Origin: Thermoanaerobaculia bacterium
Lineage (GTDB): Bacteria; Acidobacteriota; Thermoanaerobaculia; Gp7-AA8
Assembly: GCA_036009105.1 (NCBI GenBank)
Contig: DASYMJ010000043.1
Coordinates: 25,658 to 89,657 of the forward strand
Reading direction: 5' to 3'
Length of the DNA stretch: 64,000 nucleotides
Shown here: in pieces, positions 62,631 to 64,000 of the stretch
Layout: each line of letters begins with the position of its first letter
Position numbering within the stretch: the stretch's first letter is position 1
Notes under the pieces: model-generated
The model's input: only the letters and a program-made list of their open reading frames with translations
What the model was told of the DNA's origin: nothing
The model's database searches: none
Program-made: the position numbers and the translations under genes

Positions 62631-64000
62631 CTAGTCCTGGCAGACCTTCACCACGAAGCACCCCTTGGTCTGGTACTGGTGGCACACCTCGAAGCAGACG
62701 CCTTCGAAGGACAGCCGGTAGTCCTTCCCCACCGCGCCGCGCGTGTAGAGCACGAGCTCGCGGGAGACGCAGCTCGCCCGGCGGGTGCAGGGGGGGATGT
62801 CGCCGAAGCAGAGGGGGCCGGAGGGGATGACCTGCACGGACGGCGTGCCGTCGGGGAGGGTGGGCACGGGGTTGCCGTCGGCATCCGTGATGTGGATCTG
62901 CCCGATGGTGAGGTCGCGGAACGTCACGTTCGAATAGCAGTTGCAGACCGTGACGCAGAGCACCTCGACGTCATCGGACTCCAGGCAGTCGCACTTGCTG
63001 TCGCCCCATGACACGGAGATGCACGGCTCGATGCGCGGGAAGTCGGCGGCCACGCAGTCGCAGCGGCAGTCGCCCTTCTCCGGCTCTCGGTCCGGGCAGT
63101 CGCAGTGCAGGCGCGGCAGCAGGTTCACCTTCGCCGCGCACTTTTTGGCGAGGACCGCGTTCTGTTCCCGCTCGATGTCCGCGCAGGTGCGGCAGGCGAT
63201 CTGGTAGTCATTCGGGCCGGTCTTGATCGTGCCGAGCGGCGTCGTGCCGATGGCGAGCGCGCCGGACGCGGCGAAGTCGAAGCTGCCCAGGGAGAGGTTG
63301 ATGCCGGGGATGCTGGCGGGCGTGATGTTGAAGCAGAACGAATTGCCGCTCGTCAAAACGGGGCTGGTCAGTTGCGTCAGCAACGCGCCGCTCTGATAGA
63401 TGTCGAGGGTGATGGTCAGCGTGCCGGTGTTGCCGCCGATTGTCGGGAGCGAGTAGTTGAAGCAGATGCGGCCCGGCCCGCAGTGGGAGCTGCCGTCGCA
63501 GTCGTACGTGAAATTGCCGGTCGGCGAGCCCTTGCAGTTGCCGCAGAAATTGTCGACGTACGCATAGCCCCAATGGGCGCCGCGGCCGCAGTCGGCCGTC
63601 ACGAATTCGATGGTGACCTGCTGGCCGATCATCGTGGAGAGATCAATCTGCGCGCAGCTCCAGTCTTTGTAGACGATCGGCTCCTCGCCCGGCTTGAGGA
63701 GAGTCTGGAAGAAGGGATTGTTCACATCGGCGGAGAGCGTGTCCGAGCCGTTCCCGAAGTCGAACGCAGCCGGAACGACCGTGCGGGCGGCGTTCGTGAC
63801 CCGCACCTGGAAGTAGGGCTGCAGGTTCGTCGGATGACCGGCCGGATTCTGCAGCACGACCGCATACCAGAAGGTGATCGTGCGCTGCGCCGGCGTGACG
63901 ATGAACGTCTTCGACAGCAGCTCGCAACCGAAGTTCGCGACGGTGTTCCCGATGCGCACCGCGCCGGTCGAGCCCTGCGCCGTGGTGGGGATGCCGACGA
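62631..64000 (-). CDS. Cys-rich hypothetical protein (probably secreted), 5'-partial, continuing beyond window end
   Basis: The frame stays open from 62631 past 64000. The C-terminal third has about 30 Cys in CxC/CDC patterns (HCDCPDREPEKGDCRCDCVAADF...CDCLESDDVEVLCVTVCNCY). The track start at 63959 is only the first GTG. Confidence 0.6.
   Translation of the reverse strand, partial: VGIPTTAQGSTGAVRIGNTVANFGCELLSKTFIVTPAQRTITFWYAVVLQNPAGHPTNLQPYFQVRVTNAARTVVPAAFDFGNGSDTLSADVNNPFFQTLLKPGEEPIVYKDWSCAQIDLSTMIGQQVTIEFVTADCGRGAHWGYAYVDNFCGNCKGSPTGNFTYDCDGSSHCGPGRICFNYSLPTIGGNTGTLTITLDIYQSGALLTQLTSPVLTSGNSFCFNITPASIPGINLSLGSFDFAASGALAIGTTPLGTIKTGPNDYQIACRTCADIEREQNAVLAKKCAAKVNLLPRLHCDCPDREPEKGDCRCDCVAADFPRIEPCISVSWGDSKCDCLESDDVEVLCVTVCNCYSNVTFRDLTIGQIHITDADGNPVPTLPDGTPSVQVIPSGPLCFGDIPPCTRRASCVSRELVLYTRGAVGKDYRLSFEGVCFEVCHQYQTKGCFVVKVCQD

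Overview
This is a high-GC, gene-dense bacterial chromosomal window of about 55 genes. The codon bias and the repeat content look Acidobacteria-like. Long ORFs in the opposite frame of nearly every real gene are GC artefacts; I used GC3 codon bias and recognisable protein motifs to pick the true strand and start.

The main feature is an eight-gene run of co-directional, end-to-end coupled genes on the plus strand (about 11488-29306). In order it encodes a GT-C/DUF2029-like membrane protein, a DUF5916/CBM9-like outer-membrane protein, and three single-module NRPS genes (C-A-T, C-A-T, C-A-T-R with a terminal thioester reductase). These are followed by an MFS exporter, an unrecognised 259-aa protein and a clear kynurenine 3-monooxygenase. 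The predicted product is a tripeptide released as an aldehyde or alcohol, possibly N-acylated and possibly containing a hydroxykynurenine- or hydroxyanthranilate-derived unit.

Two of the NRPS adenylation domains carry in-frame insertions of palindromic repeat elements at the same loop, just upstream of the A3 (TSGSTGxPKG) motif. The insertions are 48 nt and 86 nt long. A third element fragment sits in the C-A linker of the third NRPS.

Those elements belong to several families of palindromic miniature repeats scattered through the window:
- a ~85-97 nt MITE-like hairpin with GTCATCCTGAG...CGAAGGATCC termini, present in six copies;
- a 21-nt GGGCCGGCTCTCAGCCGGCCC hairpin unit that occurs singly or as inverted pairs;
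- heptamer and decamer palindromic arrays: (GAATTGA)n, (GAACGATGAA)n and (GTTGTCA)n.

Other notable genes:
- a ParE/RelE-like toxin that appears inactivated by two single-T deletions, next to an intact antitoxin;
- an XPD/DinG-family Fe-S helicase with an N-terminal PD-(D/E)xK-like nuclease domain;
- an ACE-like (M2-type HEMGH) secreted metallopeptidase;
- an RND efflux pair and a Cu+ P-type ATPase flanked by two paralogous stand-alone receiver domains;
- a Ser/Thr kinase with a C-terminal beta-propeller;
- HrpB, AsnB, an ArnT-like glycosyltransferase, and several peptidases (M28 x2, S9).

I saw no rRNA, tRNA or CRISPR array. A real minus-strand gene at the window start (1-676) is missing from the ORF track, because its stop lies outside the window.
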